A program made the position numbers and the translations under genes. The notes beneath the pieces are model-generated. The model was not told where the DNA came from, ran no database searches, and was given only the letters and a program-made list of their open reading frames with translations. Positions 63,701 to 64,000 of a stretch of 64,000 nucleotides of DNA are shown in pieces. The DNA lies in assembly GCA_964016885.1 (NCBI GenBank), contig OZ024746.1:69564001-69628000 (forward strand). The letters are read 5' to 3'. Every line of letters begins with the position of its first letter. Positions within the stretch are counted from its first letter, which is position 1. The stretch is from Eledone cirrhosa (lineage: Eukaryota).

Positions 63701-64000
63701 TTGCCCGTCTCCGCTGGTCACGTCCAGCACCACCAACTTACCTTCTGGGTCCAGGAAGATGGCCCGTATGGCAAGATCCAAACCTCTCCGAAAAAGCACA
63801 GCAACTCCTCCCCCCGATCCCGGACGGCTGGGAGATGCGTACACATCGTAGCCGCCGAAGATCGGTGCGAAAGCCTGTGCTTCGGAGATTCTGGTCTCGC
63901 TGATGGCCACTACATCTATGTTTAGTGACCTGAGGTCGTTGAGCAGGTGGCCCTGCTTCCATGACGATCCCAAGCCACGCGCATTTATGCTGCCTATTCT
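60752..64000 (-). mobile_element. Tx1 family B, tandem copy running off the window; frameshift at ~61741 and ~405-bp deletion at ~63450
   Basis: Near-identical to 55685-59333; separated from it only by (AAT)n. Confidence 0.95.

Overview
Eukaryotic, repeat-saturated animal DNA. The greatly expanded 18S/28S expansion segments, (TA)n/(AAT)n abundance and SINE type suggest a coleoid cephalopod such as octopus (inference). Contents: (i) Penelope-like elements (PLEs; RT plus C-terminal GIY-YIG) and several small non-coding elements inserted in (TA)n. Many carry type I hammerhead ribozyme (HHR) motifs that I folded by hand, including two unrelated families with the U3-A8 core variant and two retrozyme-like tandem units. 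(ii) Two families of Tx1/L1-clade LINEs, R4/Dong-like RLE LINEs and tRNA-SINEs, several sitting in (AAT)n. (iii) One almost complete, circularly permuted 45S rDNA unit (~14.2 kb, 18S to 18S) dropped into the RT ORF of a Tx1 copy. (iv) Inside its 28S, precisely at the R2 target site, a 1,177-bp ORF-less insert whose 5' end plus the upstream 28S bases fold into a candidate HDV-like ribozyme, i.e. a probable non-autonomous R2 parasite (SIDE-like). (v) A non-autonomous Helitron and one host coding exon (claudin/PMP22-like). All RNA structures are manual predictions, and boundaries are approximate unless stated.
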